NCBI GenBank assembly: GCA_024679065.1 | Contig: JAGIQG010000008.1 | Span: forward strand, 20,584,001 to 20,648,000 | DNA: 64,000 bases | Source: Sphyrna mokarran | Taxonomy: Eukaryota | Reading direction: 5' to 3' | Shown: piece after piece, positions 26,496 to 40,144 of the stretch | Numbering within the stretch: position 1 is the first letter of the stretch | Layout: the number at the start of each line of letters is the position of its first letter | Program-made: the position numbers and the translations under genes | The notes under the pieces: model-generated | Database searches by the model: none | What the model was told of the DNA's origin: nothing | The model's input: only the letters and a program-made list of their open reading frames with translations

Positions 26496-26654
26496 CTTTT
26501 ATTTCGGTTACTATTACTTGGATTTTCTTGATAGAACCATGTTCATCTGTGAAATAACATATAGGCATTCTGATAGTAATAGTTGTAGAAGTAACTTGCA
26601 ATACTTCATTTTTGTCTAAAGCAACAGCTGGTTTGAAATGAGGCTTAGGCGGAG
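26496..26654 (-). CDS. PTPRQ: PTPRQ exon, membrane-proximal stalk (APPKPHFKP...VTSTTITIRMPICYF)
   Basis: ttctccacag acceptor, G|gtaaga donor, 159 nt. Confidence 0.97.
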
Positions 26655-27094
26655 CTGTGGAGAAAATTGAGTAATTAAAATTATTGCCCAAAGCAAAACT
26701 GGAAGCATTAATGAAATGGTTGTATACTGACCGCTAGGAATATTGAATTTAACGTTTAGTTCAGGACACATAATATTTAACATATTCAAATAATATAACA
26801 TACAATATACATTTATAGCATGTATGTCTCATGTGACCTGTTGAGCTATCTCAACAATTGTGCACTGCCATTAAAAAATATGAAGCATTTCAACATAACT
26901 CTGCGCGTTATATTACCAACATTGTCTTTTAATAATGTCTTGTGACATAATCTTCTTGTGTAGAAATGTTAGAGGTAGCCTACGGCAAATGTTTTGTGTG
27001 TAGCTTCCCGTTCCTTGAAATTCTGTCTTAATATGTTGAAAACAGGTCAGCATTTATTATTCACAAAGAAACAGAGGCAGATTTTTTTGACTGT

Positions 27095-27373
27095 ATAGAC
27101 TCATAGAAACCTACAGTGCAGAAGGAGAGTATTCAGCCCGTCAAGTTTGCACTGACCACAGTCCCATCCATGCCCTATCCCCATAACCTGGGCAATCCAC
27201 CTAACCCACACATTTATCGACTGTGGGAGGAAGCCGGAGCACCCTGAGGAAACCCACACAGACATAAGGAGAATGTGCAAACTTCACAGGAACAATGGCC
27301 CAACCTGAGAATCAAACCTGGGTTCCTGCCAATGCGAGGCAGCAATGCTAACCACTGCGCCACTGTGCTGCCC
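27095..27373 (-). mobile_element. HE1-like V-SINE with CR1-type tail
   Basis: Head gggcagcacagtggcgcagtggttagca on the minus strand, V-core, tail ttctatgagtctat. Confidence 0.85.
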
Positions 27374-27997
27374 TTTTAGAAAAATGTTGGATCATATTGA
27401 CCTGGCGGTTACATTGAATGTATAATGATTATCTTGCATCTTGGGTGGAGCAAGAGCGAAAGAGAGTAGAAAGAATCCATTCAGGGTCCTGTTCCTTCAG
27501 TTTTTCAGTTGCTTATTCTGTTCTACAATAAGAGTAGGTGCTTAAAAACACAAAGAATTAGATTGTCACATGACTTTTCCTCACCAATGGCCTAGTGAAC
27601 CAAATATGGTCATGGCTAGTATATTGAAGTTGCCATGATTAAATCATGACTGGGAATGCCTCTCTCAATCAAGGTTCCATTGGATAAGTGATTACATCTA
27701 ATGATTTGTCTTCAAGTTGAGCATCTATTGATTGTCAGCAAGCTATGATAATAAGATAGGAAATGGCCTCCATTCATCTCTCACAAAGTAATTATTCCTG
27801 GTGCAGCTTTGAAGACAGGTTGTTTCCACTTCAATAGACTGGAATGCGGAAGATATAGTGATGCAAATGTGTAGCCATCTTTAACTGTGGTCCCAAGCAC
27901 TTGGGACATTGCCTTAGTATTTTTAAATGAACCAGGGGTTTCCAGCCAGTAATTTTAAAAATCATTTTTCAAGAGAAATTATGATTTTGCAACAAAA

Positions 27998-28402
27998 GAA
28001 ATAAAACAGAAAATGCTGGGTAAACTCAGCTGGTCTGGAAGCATCGATGGAGATAGAAACAATTAACATTTTGAGTCTGTGTGACACTTCTTCAGAATCC
28101 TTGGATGGATTACCCTTGGATTATCCTTGGATGGAGAGAATACCCCCACATCCACAACATACACACACACACACATTGGGGAATGTTCCTCAGCAGCAGG
28201 AGGCAGCCCATCGTTGGCTGGCTGTGCGGATTATCCAACTGAATCCACCCCACCCTGTTAGGAAACCTGCAGCGGGAGTGCATCGTTGACGGGAGCGTCC
28301 CTTAACTCTGTTCCTCTCTCCACAGATGCTGCTGGACCTGCTGAATTTATCCAGTAGTTTCTGCTTTTATTTCAGATTTCCAGCATCTGCAGTATTTTGC
28401 TT
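27998..28402. mobile_element. Palindromic Penelope-like terminal repeat with nested insert
   Basis: Arm aaaacagaaaatgctgggtaaactcagctggtctggaagcatc and inverted arm gatgctgctggacctgctgaatttatccagtagtttctgctttt; single arms also at about 4858-4940 and 19385-19610. Confidence 0.65.
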
Positions 28403-28863
28403 GAATAGAAATAAAGCATGTTGCTCAATATGTTATATGTAATAGCTTGAATATTTTTCAAACTTCCACAATTTTTATAATACATACTGATTATTGAATT
28501 ATGATGATTAAAAATGCAGGGCAATGACAAAGTAAGTTGTTTATAGCTAGAAAATACTGACTGCAAGACTCAGATTTATGTGAAATTACCCAATAACAAA
28601 AGAGGTACGTGCATGAATAGACAATGTGGCTCATTGAGTTAGCTCTGTCATTCAATACAATCATGGTTGATCTTGGGCTTCAACCTAATTTTCTTACCTA
28701 CTCCCCATATCCCTTGATTTTCTGAGAGACCAAATATAGGCCTGTCTCAGCCGGAAAGTGTTCTCGCATGTATTCTTGCTGTTGCCTTTACTACTTTTAT
28801 GTTTAGTTACATGAAGGGTACAACTGAAGTGCTTCAGATGTAAATTAGATAAAAAATACCTAC

Positions 28864-28933
28864 CTTTAATATCCATCGTTACCTTCTGTTTTGATGTCAG
28901 TGGCCCAACACCAGCTCCATTAACAGCACGAAC
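28864..28933 (-). CDS. PTPRQ: PTPRQ exon (VRAVNGAGVGPLTSKQKVTMDIK)
   Basis: tttttccaag acceptor, G|gtaggt donor, 70 nt, phase 0 to 1. Confidence 0.95.
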
Positions 28934-29504
28934 CTTGGAAAAAGGAACTGGCATTTAAAAAAGGAAATTCACTCAGGCAGCTTGACATCACAGGGGATAG
29001 GGAGGATTGTTTTCAGGCAGGACTATTCTAGGGATGAAGGGAAAGAGGTCAAGGGTGTAAAATCATAAGCTGGAGAAGGGCAGACTTGAGGGTGGAAGGC
29101 TAGAGACAAGAAATAATCTAACCATTGCCCCATGACATTCAATGGCATTGCTATCACTGGATCCACCACTATCAACATCTTGGGGGTTACCACTGACCAG
29201 AAACTGAATTGGTCCAGCCGATAAGCACAGTGGTTAAGAATGGACCTGAAACTGGGAATTCTGCAGCAGGTAACTCACTTCCTAACTCCCCAAAGCTTGT
29301 CCACCAACTTTCACAAAATCGTACAATTGTAAAAGCACAGAGGGCCATTCAGCCCATCATATCTGCAATGGCTCTCCAAATGAGCATCACGACTTACTGC
29401 CATTCTTCTGCCTTTTCTCTGTACCCTTGTCGGATAATCCTGGCCCTTATTTGTCATGTTAGGCTTTTTTTATTCAAAGTGGAATGTTAAAGAATGATTC
29501 TCAC

Positions 29505-29746
29505 CTGTATGGCATATGTAATTCCACCTTTCAGCCCTTCTATGACAGCAATGAGTGATTGATTCTTTTCAACAACTTTCAGATTGTTTATGCGACGTTC
29601 AGAAGATACTCCTTCTTTGTAAATAATAGCCTGATAACCCTGAATATTACCATTTGGCATAGATAGCGGCAGGAAAGATGCATAAATCTTTGTCACTTCA
29701 TCTGGTATCTTGTGAAGGGTAAAATTCTGTGGTGCATCTACGGGCA
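29505..29746 (-). CDS. PTPRQ: PTPRQ exon, last FN3 (PVDAPQNFTLHKIPDEVTK...EGLKGGITYAIQ)
   Basis: ttttttcag acceptor, CAG|gtgaga donor, 242 nt, follows a 90-nt intron. Confidence 0.97.
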
Positions 29747-29836
29747 CTGAAAAAAGCAGTGTTTTGGTAGGTTACTTTAGCAATCAAAACTCAATACTTT
29801 AAAACAAAGTTTATGTCATTGAAAAAGGACACTTAC

Positions 29837-30023
29837 AAGCTTCAAATGTCCTAATAATGATTGGTTCACTTGGTTTACCATGAGATCGAGCCTCATCTTG
29901 CGTGCCAGTAAACGCTATGATGATTATAGAGTATTTTGTGAACGGCTTTAAACCAGATACTTCACAGGTCTTGTTTTGTTTCTCTGATCTAAAAATGGTC
30001 ATATTCAAGTCCCCACTATCAAT
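29837..30023 (-). CDS. PTPRQ: PTPRQ exon, FN3 C-half (SGLKPFTKYSIIIIAFTG)
   Basis: ctcacag acceptor, T|gtaagt donor, 187 nt, phase 0 to 1. Confidence 0.96.
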
Positions 30024-31641
30024 CTGTGAGAATTTAAAAATAAATCATTGATACAATATATTAACATTCAAAGATTCTCAGTACAGATCTTCCAAACTAA
30101 GATGCATTTCAGAATGTATTATGGGTTCAATTTTCCCATCCTGCCTGTTGTGGGAATCATAGCGGTCGGGGACAGGAGCATTGACCTTGGGCAGGATTTT
30201 ACAGTCTTGGGGCGAGTGTGACTTTATTTTCCTTCTGTATTTTTTATCTATTTTCAATAGGATGACAGACTTACAGCGAGCGGTTCCACCTTTCAGTGAA
30301 TTTGAACCAAGGTTATAGTTAAAGTTATTTTAAATGAACAATTTTACTGATTTAGGCTGAGGAGGGGAGAATGGACTGCAAACTTCCATCGACCTCAAGT
30401 AGGATTTTCAATTTTGGTGTGAAAAATTGTCGGCTAAAAAATCCCATCCTTCGATTTTTTGACTTCATTAAAGTCTGACAGAGCTGCACTTCTGACTTTA
30501 TTATAAAGTATCTGAGCTGAAAAGCATTTGGAATTGCAAATAGCAGCTTTTCATCACAATTATTATAGGTTGCATAACAATTACTTCATCAATATTCACT
30601 TTCCTTCATTTAGATCCATGTTTTTGGTCAGCTCAGCTGTGGTCTGTTTACTCAACACTGTTTCTGCTCAAGTGCAGCTGCTGAAATATTTGATCATCTA
30701 AAGTTGTGTCATGGTGTTACACAGTACCCTTGGCAGATATGCCTCTAACCCCACCGAGATCTGACCATGACTGAAATTACTAATGCACTAACCCGGCTTT
30801 CATTTCCTATACGGACAATCAAAGCACTTTGCTCTAATCTCGCAAAAGGATTTGTACGAACACTGTTTAACAATCATTGCATAACATTTAAAAAGGCATT
30901 TGTTTCCTCAAGTTTTTAATCTAGTATGCATAGTTGTAGCCTTTATTTTACAGGAATTGTTTATTAAACTTGACATTCTTGTATGAAAATTTTCAATGCA
31001 TGCATTACGAATGACTTTTCAAGTTTGTGCAGCTGGTAGGGGAGGCTCTCTGCCAATAGCAGGGACTCAGACATTTACAGCTTTAGCTCCTACAAATTAG
31101 CTGAAAACAACTATGTTTGAAATTTTAACTATTTCACAGCTTGGTGGCAACTTGGTGGGATTACAATCACTTGCCACTGAAGTATAGGCTGCAGGTTTAC
31201 ACCAATGATTTTCAATGGAATTCATTCTCAAATTTGGCCATTGGTGGAGGAGTGATCCAAAGTTAAAGCCAGATAACTGCACTTATGGAAGGACAGAGAA
31301 GAGAAAGACTTGCACTTATATAGTGCTTTTCATGATCACCAGATGTTTCAAGATGCTTCACAGGTTTTGAAGTGTAGTCACTGTTGTAGTGTAGGAAATG
31401 ACTGTCTGTGCTGTCATATGCTCCGTTTGAGACCAGAACTCTCCATTCACCTGATGAAGAGGCAAACCCCAAAAGCTTGTGAGTTTACTATCAAATAAAT
31501 TGGTTGGACTTAAACATGGTGTTATCAGACTTCTTACTGTAGTGTAGGAAACACAGCAGCCAAGATGCATTCAGCAAACTCCCACAAACTGCAAGTGATG
31601 ATCCATGTTTTTGACACAAATGATAAATGCAAAGCTCTTAC

Positions 31642-31763
31642 CGGTGTTACCTCTATTAGATAAGAGGTTGGACCTGTGATAATCGCAGGCTCTTCCCAGC
31701 CAATCTCAATGGTGTCAGAGGATTTTACTGTAACAGTTATATTTTCAGGAGGACTGTATGGAA
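31642..31763 (-). CDS. PTPRQ: PTPRQ exon, FN3 N-half (PYSPPENITV...WEEPAIITGPTSYLIEVTP)
   Basis: tttctgcag acceptor, CCG|gtaaga donor, 122 nt, phase 1 to 0. Confidence 0.96.
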
Positions 31764-32749
31764 CTGCAGAAATAAACATACTTCTTCTCAAAGAATAGTT
31801 TAAGATTAAGAATGCCATGCTGCATAATGCTAACACACTTAATGAGAAAAATCAAAAGTATCAATATGTAGCAATTATTAATTTTTTTTGCTGTGGATTT
31901 GAAGATGGATCAGACTCTACAGTTGGAAACAAACCAAATCCATAGACAGTAAAGTTAATTTGTTAGGCACAAGTAAGGCTTACATTAACACTGCAATGAA
32001 ATCACTGTGAAAATCCTAAAGTCGCCACATACCATGCCTGTTCGGGTCTATGTACCTAACCAGCATATTTTCAGAGTGTGGGAGGAAACTGGAGCATATG
32101 GGGAAAACCCAAGCAAACATGGGGAGAATATGCAGACTCCATACAGATTGTTCCTGGCTAAGGGCAGATCTAACTTTCTATTCTGGTTGAAAACTTCCCC
32201 TAATATAAAAGAAAACCCTTTCTCTATTTTAATATTTCCAATACACCACCATCTATGTCATCAACTGTTCTGTACCATTTGGCAAAACTCAAAAACTAGG
32301 CTTACAGTCATTTAGGTATTTTTTAGTAGAAAAATTGATGCAAAAAGGCTACCAAGTGCACGCTACTGGAAGGGTCTTCGCCGCCTTCAATCTCCCAAAC
32401 CCTTTTGAAAACAAGGCCATGCAGTTTGGGGACATTCACTCCATTATTGCTTCGGCAATGCTGAGATTAATGACACCTTTCTTGATATAGGCCAGTAACA
32501 GAGTACACACACTGACACCCAGCACCCTATAAAGAAGAACAAAACCACAGCATTTGACCCAATTCGTCTACTTCTTTAAATTTGAGGGAAATAATGATAA
32601 CCAATTTTCACCTCCTGCCATTTTCTTTCTGCAGTTACTGTACAATAACAAGGAAGGTGATGATGATAGTGATTAGAAATAGGAAAAGAAGATTCAGGAG
32701 ATTATTTTTCTGGCCTCATTCCATGTGAAGGTGGTGGTATGAACATATG

Positions 32750-33770
32750 TATAAAACATATGAATTAGGAGCTGGAATAGGCCATCAGGCCCCTTGATGC
32801 TTTATTCAAAAAGAACACAGCTGATTTGATTGTGATGTCAATTCCACTTTCCTTCCTATTCCTTATATCCTTGTCACTCAAGAATCTATTTAATTCAGCC
32901 TGAACAATATTCAACGATTCTGGTTTTATCAATCATTGAGCAAGAGAGTTCCAAAGACTCAAGACTCTCAAAGAAAAATATTCTTATCTCCAAATTCATG
33001 TCTCTAGTTCCAATCTCTTCCACAAGGATAAACATCAGGTGGAATTCTCAAGTTCTTCCCACCACTGGGATCTTCTAGTCCTGGCTAAGTTAAGTTCCAT
33101 CACAGATTCCTTCATGGCAGCATGAACAAGGAATGTAAATCATCATTGATTTCAGCAGGTCTGGAATATCCTGTCAGCAGTCAGTGGTTAGCTATTTCCT
33201 TCTTGAGAAAACCTGCCACAGTAAGCTGGAGAATTCCATCCACCTTTACTACCTTTTCTGCATCCACACAATCAAGACCTCCCAAGATCTTATATATTTC
33301 AGTAAGTTCACCTCTCATCCTTCTAAACACCAATAGATATAAGCCCAACCTTTACAAACTTTTCTCAGAAGAAAACCACCTTATTGCAGGAATCAGTTGA
33401 ATAAACTCTCTTTGAAATCCTTCTAATGAATTATATCTTTTCTCAGACTAAAACAGTACACAATACACTGTAGTAACCACACATTCAATTCTGATATGTA
33501 AGTCATTAATAGAGATTGTAAATAGTTGAGGGTCCAGCATGAATGCTGTGCCATTCCACTCACTATACTTTTCCAACCCAAAAATAACCCATTTATGCTT
33601 ATTCTTTGTTTCCTGTTAACTAACCTTTCCTCAAGCCATGCTAATATGTTATCTCCTACACCATGAGCTTTTATTGTGTGTGGTTATCTTTGATGTGGCA
33701 TCTTATCAAGTGCCTTCAGGAAATCAAGGTATGCCACATCCACAGGTTTCCCTTTATCCAAATTACTTGT
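32750..33770 (-). mobile_element. CR1 LINE fragment (RT to 3' end, deleted) with nested MITE at about 33035-33241
   Basis: Minus translation DKGKPVDVAYLDFLKALDKMPHQR (CR1 reverse transcriptase motif); CR1 tail at the left end. Confidence 0.8.
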
Positions 33771-33789
33771 TGCTTCATCAATCCTTCAT

Positions 33790-34230
33790 CAATGGTAAAA
33801 TTATGAAGGATGCATCAGAAACAGCCAATTCTGGAGACCTTATTGCATATCACAGATCCCCATCTGACTTATTTAAGCATCAGCCTGAAAACTACAAGAG
33901 CTTCATTCTACCACAGCTCTGTCATTATTTTTGATAGATTGAGTTATCAACTATGGCAAAATGAGACATTGCTTGTTGCTCAATTATCTTCAGTGACATG
34001 GATTTGTTCCTTAAGAGATTGGGGAGAACAAAATGCTGAAGAATGAACGCATTATGGAACTTTCTCCATATTGAGTGTCAATATGAATGATCCTCTAAGT
34101 GATGGCACAAACCATCTGCATATTCAGAACATGGAATCCTTTCCTGTTCACAGAGGTGATTTGGACAGCTTTCCTTTTGTGAGTTGGCATGTGCTTGCCC
34201 ACTCTGCTTCCTGGTTTATGTTGTACGGAT
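33790..34230 (-). mobile_element. PIF/Harbinger transposase relic
   Basis: VNRKGFHVLNMQMVC, FHNAFILQ and KVSRIGCF*CILHNF match HARBI1/DDE_Tnp_4 motifs NRKGxHSxNxQxVCD, HDxxIL and CxxLHN. Confidence 0.75.
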
Positions 34231-35204
34231 CCCGGGGACATCTTGAAGTCAGCGTATTTTTTCAGTAAATTCCAGGTGAAGCATAAGTTTATACAGAGGT
34301 TTCTCAGAATCAGTAAAGGAAATTCAAGTACAAATTGAATTTCCTTGAATTTTGGCACTAAAAAAATCAACATTTTGCCTTACATTGCTGTATCAGTACA
34401 TGTATCTGTCCATGTGCTTCTGATTATCGGTAACACTGCTGGTTAATAAAATATATATGAAACAAAAACATTTTACTTCAAGAAAATGTTATTTATTGGA
34501 TGACTCTAAAATAGATTTATTATGAAATTTTTCATAAGAATTTCAATGAACTTTGGTTGGCACACCAGGAATTGTCACAGTATGATTGAAAGTGATTTTA
34601 AACCAAGCCCAGTAAGTACTGGTGAGGGATGTTGCTATATCTCTTTCCTATAAATCACAGTAATTTGCCCAGTAAGAATTCTCTGTCTTCATTCTCTCAT
34701 CCCTAGATAAGCTGCCCATTTCCTGCTTGGAGCATTATTTCTCTGCTTTCCACAGTAATGCATTTTCTGTAACAAATAACCATGATTTCCCGATTATCAT
34801 GCTTCTATTGCGGCATTGGAATTTGCAGCAAAGGTCAAGAGCGGTCTTTAATGCTTTGCCTCCAAGCTAGACTACAGTAGCTGTAGCTAGAACAGGTTTG
34901 CTAGTAGGCAAATATGGATGGCATAACATTTTGGGAATCATCCTCACAACAATTTAGGGTATCCATTCGTAGGCAAGTCATGCATGCCATTTATGTTGAT
35001 AACCATTTAATCAAATACTTGAATTGTGGCAATCTCTTTGACAATAAATGTAAAGTGATTTTTTTAATCAGGGTTACATCTTTTTCATAAATTATCTTGT
35101 GCAATCTCAATGTTACAGATAAATTCAATTCTAATATTTTCAAATGTAAAGAAACAATATATTGGACAGAACCACACTGTGCAAACAAACAAAACAACCA
35201 CTTT

Positions 35205-35269
35205 GCATTAGGTTTTATGCTCTGTTAATATTTCATTCTGGCATTAGGTTTTATGCTCTGTTAATATTT
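35205..35269. repeat. Local tandem duplication (29 bp identical, period 36)
   Basis: gcattaggttttatgctctgttaatattt at 35205 and 35241. Confidence 0.9.
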
Positions 35270-35709
35270 TGCACATTGATTTCTATATACATCAAATACA
35301 TAGAATCATAGAATCCCTACAGTGCAGAAGAGCCATCCAGCCCATCGAGTCTGTATCAACTCTGACAAAATATGTTACCCAGACCTTCTCCTTTGCCCTA
35401 TCCCTATAACTCATTTATCATGTCTAATCCATTTAACCTATACATCTTTGGACAGTAAGGGGCAATTTAGTGTGGCCAATCCATTTGACCGCACATTTTT
35501 GGACTTCACAAAATAATCAAGATACTTGGTAAGAGGTAATAGTCTGAAAATCCAAAAGGATTTCGCTCAATATTGTTTTTTGTCAGTATAACTAAGGGAA
35601 AATTATTTATTTGATGAAGAAGATAACATTTAAACTCAATACAAAAATAAATGAACTTTCAACAAAATTAACACTGCTATTATTGAGAATCATTTCAGTC
35701 TATACTTAC

Positions 35710-36042
35710 ACCCAACAGCTGTCTTTGCAGAAATCCAAGTTGAATAGTTTCCAAATCCAGCATTTGTACTTGCAGCCACCCTAAATCGGTACCATCGGAA
35801 CTTTTTTAATCCGGATACAATTGTCTCTGTGGTGCCATTACCACTATCAACATTATGATCTTCAATTTGCTCGGCTTCAATGCATCCTTGAGTTTCCCAG
35901 TCCATGCACAAGGCAGAGCGTAGTTGTATAATGATCCTGAAAAGTCTCAAATAACCAGGGATAACACTGGGGTGTGTCCATCTCAAAATAACAAAGGTCG
36001 ATTGAATGCCAACTATATCAAGATCCTCAGGAGCACTAGGAA
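35710..36042 (-). CDS. PTPRQ: PTPRQ exon, whole FN3 (VPSAPEDL...GLKKFRWYRFRVAASTNAGFGN)
   Basis: tttttcag acceptor, T|gtaagt donor, 333 nt, phase 1-1. Confidence 0.97.
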
Positions 36043-37652
36043 CTGAAAAATATGATTATATTAATTATTGCCTCTGTTTTACCTGCCTACAAAAAAATCA
36101 TTCACATTCAATCTGAACAACAAACAAACTTCCGTCTTTGTATACCAGCCTGGTTCAGTTGATAGTACTCACACCTGAGTCTCATTATGGGTTTAAACCA
36201 TATGGAGCTAGGTTAACACTATACTGCATTAACGCAGGAATGAATGCCCCATTACAGGAGGTGTTGAATCAGAAATGGAGACTTGCCTGGTAATTCTGCT
36301 GGACATTAAAGATACCATAGCACTAATTGGACAGCAGAGAATTCTCTGATATCCAGCTTAATATCTACTTCAACCAATACCTTGAAGAAAGATCAGGTGG
36401 TCACTCACCCAATTTCTGCGTGAAAGCTCGTTGTTTTAACAGTCACTCCCCCCACCATTTGAAAATAATTCACTATATATGAGAAGTGCTTTATGCATGT
36501 TGGAGAGAATCAATATCATTATATGAAAACCAAGAGTTTTCCTATGAAAATATGTGTTGATTGCAAAGCAAATGGAAATGACTCAGCACAGATTGCTCAT
36601 TAAGTTAAAATATTAAATGTGTAAAAATATGCAGGATGTAATATTTTGATGAAATTCAATAAATGAACCCATTAATTTGATAAACTTGTGTGGATTACAG
36701 AAGACACCTTTTGTTATCAAGTATTGCAACGTCCACTTTCAATTGCCTTAAAAGCTACTACAAAATAAGTCGCCAGATTTTGCTAACTGCACCATATATG
36801 GGGAGAATAATGTGGAATCCCATTAGCTACTATGAATTAGGAACTAGATTTCTGTTTCAAGTACCAATAGGCAAAACATTTGTTGTGCATCCGAGACTCA
36901 ATGATACTGAGCCTTTGGTGGTGGAACATGGAATCCTTAAAGGAATTGTTCACAGTTTCACCTGGAAAAAATAAGTCACATTTTTTAAAATTTCTGTGGG
37001 AGTAGAAGGAGTATTTCATTGCCTGTCTATTCCACCAACTATTCAGCTGACTGTTTCTCCCCCTCAATGCTGACTTTCAGGCTCAACTCCACTGGTTTCC
37101 TGAACCACATCAAGTTTGAGGATTATGAAACACAGAGTGCTCAGTTAAGATATTCTAGGAAGCCAGCAAAATAAAGTGTCCAGGAGCTAGGTCTTGTGTA
37201 TCTGAGAAATTAGTGAGAGGATGAATCATTGAAAGTTTGATTTGCTTATGAAATTATAGTTGTGGGAGGACAAGTGAAATTGTATCTATAGTTTAATGGC
37301 CACATCCCACTACTTAACTGCTGCTGCCCTCAGAACAGGCACAAACAGCTTTCCAGTTTTACCTGGTAAAATTTGGAAAGCGTTTTACTTCTCTGGTAAC
37401 TGCTATTGCACACTAGTGGCCCCCAACCTAGCACATGCAGCGAATCATTTTTTTATTTGCTAGAATTTCACAGTTCTACTAATGAATTGTAATAGTACTG
37501 TGGGATGTTCAACCATCTTGGATTTTACCTATATCACTCCAATTCCTATAAAATGACATTTTAATGAGAATACATCATGCAGCAAACAAAATGCATATCT
37601 CTTTGAACATCATGGAATTTTCATGGTAGACCAGGTCTGAGGCGATTTATAC

Positions 37653-37922
37653 CTGCTTCTGATAATGTTGTGACAGTACAGTTTTTGCTTTCTCCTTGGC
37701 CCACTGAGTTCACAACCATTATACTGAACTGATAGGAAGTATTTGACTGGAGTTCATTCAAAGTATGTTCATGCTCATTGAGAGCAATTCTTTGCACATT
37801 ATTTTCATATATAAGTGCATAATAAGTGATAATTCCATCTGACTTTAATGGAGGATCCCACTTAACAATAACTGACTGCCAACTTGATGCGTTACACTGA
37901 AGATTTTGGACAGTATCTGGAA
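37653..37922 (-). CDS. PTPRQ: PTPRQ exon, whole FN3 (VPDTVQNLQCNASSWQSVIVKWDPP...TTLSEA)
   Basis: gtatag acceptor, G|gtataa donor, 270 nt, phase 1-1. Confidence 0.95.
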
Positions 37923-39363
37923 CTATACATCAAAGAAAACATTGTAGTATACATAAAGGCAGGAATGTATTAACACATTTCATGCAAGCAATATGTCCCA
38001 ACTGCACAAGTTGATTACTATTTCTAGCTTATTTTCAGGAAAAATATCAGAAGAATTTAATCTGCAGTAAGATTACGATTCAGGTGGGCAATATTTCCCT
38101 TTCATTGAGTGTAAAGACTTGAAACTCTTCACCTATCATAAAATCAAGAGGTAACAATACATAGACAAAAGAAAACCAACAGATCCAATTTTATGACTTT
38201 ACCCTTCCCCCATCTCTCATCACCACTCAAGAGAGGGTGAGGTAAAGTGTTAAAATTTTGGCAAGTGCAATCCACAACAAACTGATACAATAACAAGAGC
38301 AGCGTTATCAGTGTCAATGAGTTTCCCAATATGATGAGGTGAGAAGTTCATAAAAATGTTTAAATTGAGATCCAATAAGGTGATTGGATCCTGAATAGAA
38401 TTCAATTGCTCATGAGGCTCATGTGGGGCAGTTAAGTTGCTTGGGGATTGGTGACAGAATTGGTCATATCTTTATGAATGTTGTTCAAGTTTAAGAAGTC
38501 TGAAATTAGTAAAACTTCTGCACTCACAAGGTGCTTCCTTGGTTCACTGTGGGCTCTGGTTTAGTGGGAATACTTTGTTTTCGACTGACACCTTCATTCT
38601 GTACACATGAAAAATGAGAAGTTGATAAAGGGTATTATAGTACTATGTTGGACAGAAGAAAAGAAGGAAAAAGAAGTGAAAAAAAGATACCAGCAGAGGG
38701 TGAGGCTCAACTTTCTTGGCTTTTCTAAGTTTCTGATTGTTAGGGCAGGTGGTCACTGATCTTTGTAGTCTCTTTGAGCAAAACCCTTTTCCTTCTAGAC
38801 CTGGCACCACCATTGCCAGCTGCAGTGCCAGTGAAGGTCACCACCACTCTTAATTTCTTTGTTTCGTGATCTTTCCAGGCAGCAATAGCAGACAGGACTG
38901 ATTGCTCTCATTCATATTTCTATTTCTATCTCGACCACATCTATTTTTTGCTGTCACAATGGCTTCAGCAGAGATGAGAATGGACAGCTGAGTACTTCTT
39001 TCTGTTCCATGTTAGCAATGTAATTGTACATTCATTCAGATATATATGTCTGACCCAGGTAATTTGAGATCTGCACTTTAAACTTGTTAATTGCACTCCT
39101 GATGAATACCTTCCTCAGGCAGCAGCTTATCAGAACAATTTCCACTGAAGAGTTATAGTAAATTGAATATTCGGTCTGAAAAATGTTTTTATTAAAATCA
39201 TATAAATTAAAGGGCAAGATATGCCTATAGATTGCTTATGATTCAGAATTTAGGAACAATATCTAATAATTCAGAGTTCTAAATAACCAGCAATGCTATA
39301 ACAAAATATGCTATCCGTATATTTAAAGCAGTTGTTAGAAAAAACTAGTTTAATTCAACAAAC

Positions 39364-39505
39364 CTGATTCATTGATTTTGAAAAAGACAGTGTTACTAAA
39401 CAGATCTCCATTTCCCAGTTTGGTGAATGCCGATACACTGATGGAATATTCATGCAATGGTTCAAAGCCAGTGAGGTATGCTTCATTAAGTAATCCTGTT
39501 GTATT
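39364..39505 (-). CDS. PTPRQ: PTPRQ exon, FN3 C-half (NTTGLLNEAYLTGFEPLHEYSISVSAFTKLGNG)
   Basis: tttcaag acceptor, G|gtttgt donor, 142 nt, phase 0 to 1; this frame is not in the ORF track. Confidence 0.93.
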
Positions 39506-39992
39506 CTTGAAATATCAAAGAAATTATGAGATTGTTTATAAGGTTTTATTTCTTGTTCATATTTAAGTATTTGCATTTTTGAGCTGTACTTTTAAGCAGA
39601 ATGTCATGTTGTGGACATAAGTGATACGTGACTAGGTGAGTGTAAAGCAAAAACCATTACTTGAGTTAATTATTTGCTAGTTCATTTTAAATGGATCTTG
39701 GGAGGGCATACACCCATAAGTGTTTAATCTGATTTATTTCAGATAAATCAACATGTTCATGTAAGTTGCTAAGTCTTTTTATACAACAGTATTTTGTACC
39801 ACTGCAATTTGTGTGCATATTATCATGCAAAACAGAGGCATTGTTGACAGTTCTAATTCTTTTGACATTATCATTGAAATGTTCTTTACTAACTTCAAAA
39901 GCTAAATATAAATATGATTCACTTCATAATCCTACGTGACATTAATGAATGGCATTAGCAAAATTTTTGAAATTATGCTTAAAGAACAGTAC

Positions 39993-40144
39993 CTTAAAAT
40001 ATATGCTTTCATTGGTGTTGTCCATTATTTTAAAACTGTAGAGCAGAACAAAACCATTTGGTACAGGACTAGGTTTCCACCTAACTAAGACAGAATCTGC
40101 TGTATAACTTACTATGACCAAGTCTTGCGGAGGAGTCGATGGTA
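39993..40144 (-). CDS. PTPRQ: PTPRQ exon, FN3 N-half (IPSTPPQDLVIVSYTADSVLVRWKPSPVPNGFVLLYSFKI)
   Basis: tttttcag acceptor, AAG|gtactg donor, 152 nt, phase 1 to 0. Confidence 0.94.

Noticed and set aside
38144-38329. Signal-peptide-like ORF (LTLITLLLLLYQF) as an alternative first exon
   Set aside because: It starts at TTG with an in-frame stop just upstream and no ATG.
38528-38598. 71-nt exon-like segment (tacag...TT|gtgagt)
   Set aside because: Length is not a multiple of 3, phase-1 entry gives an immediate stop, and there is no PTPRQ similarity; such pseudo-exons are common in long introns.
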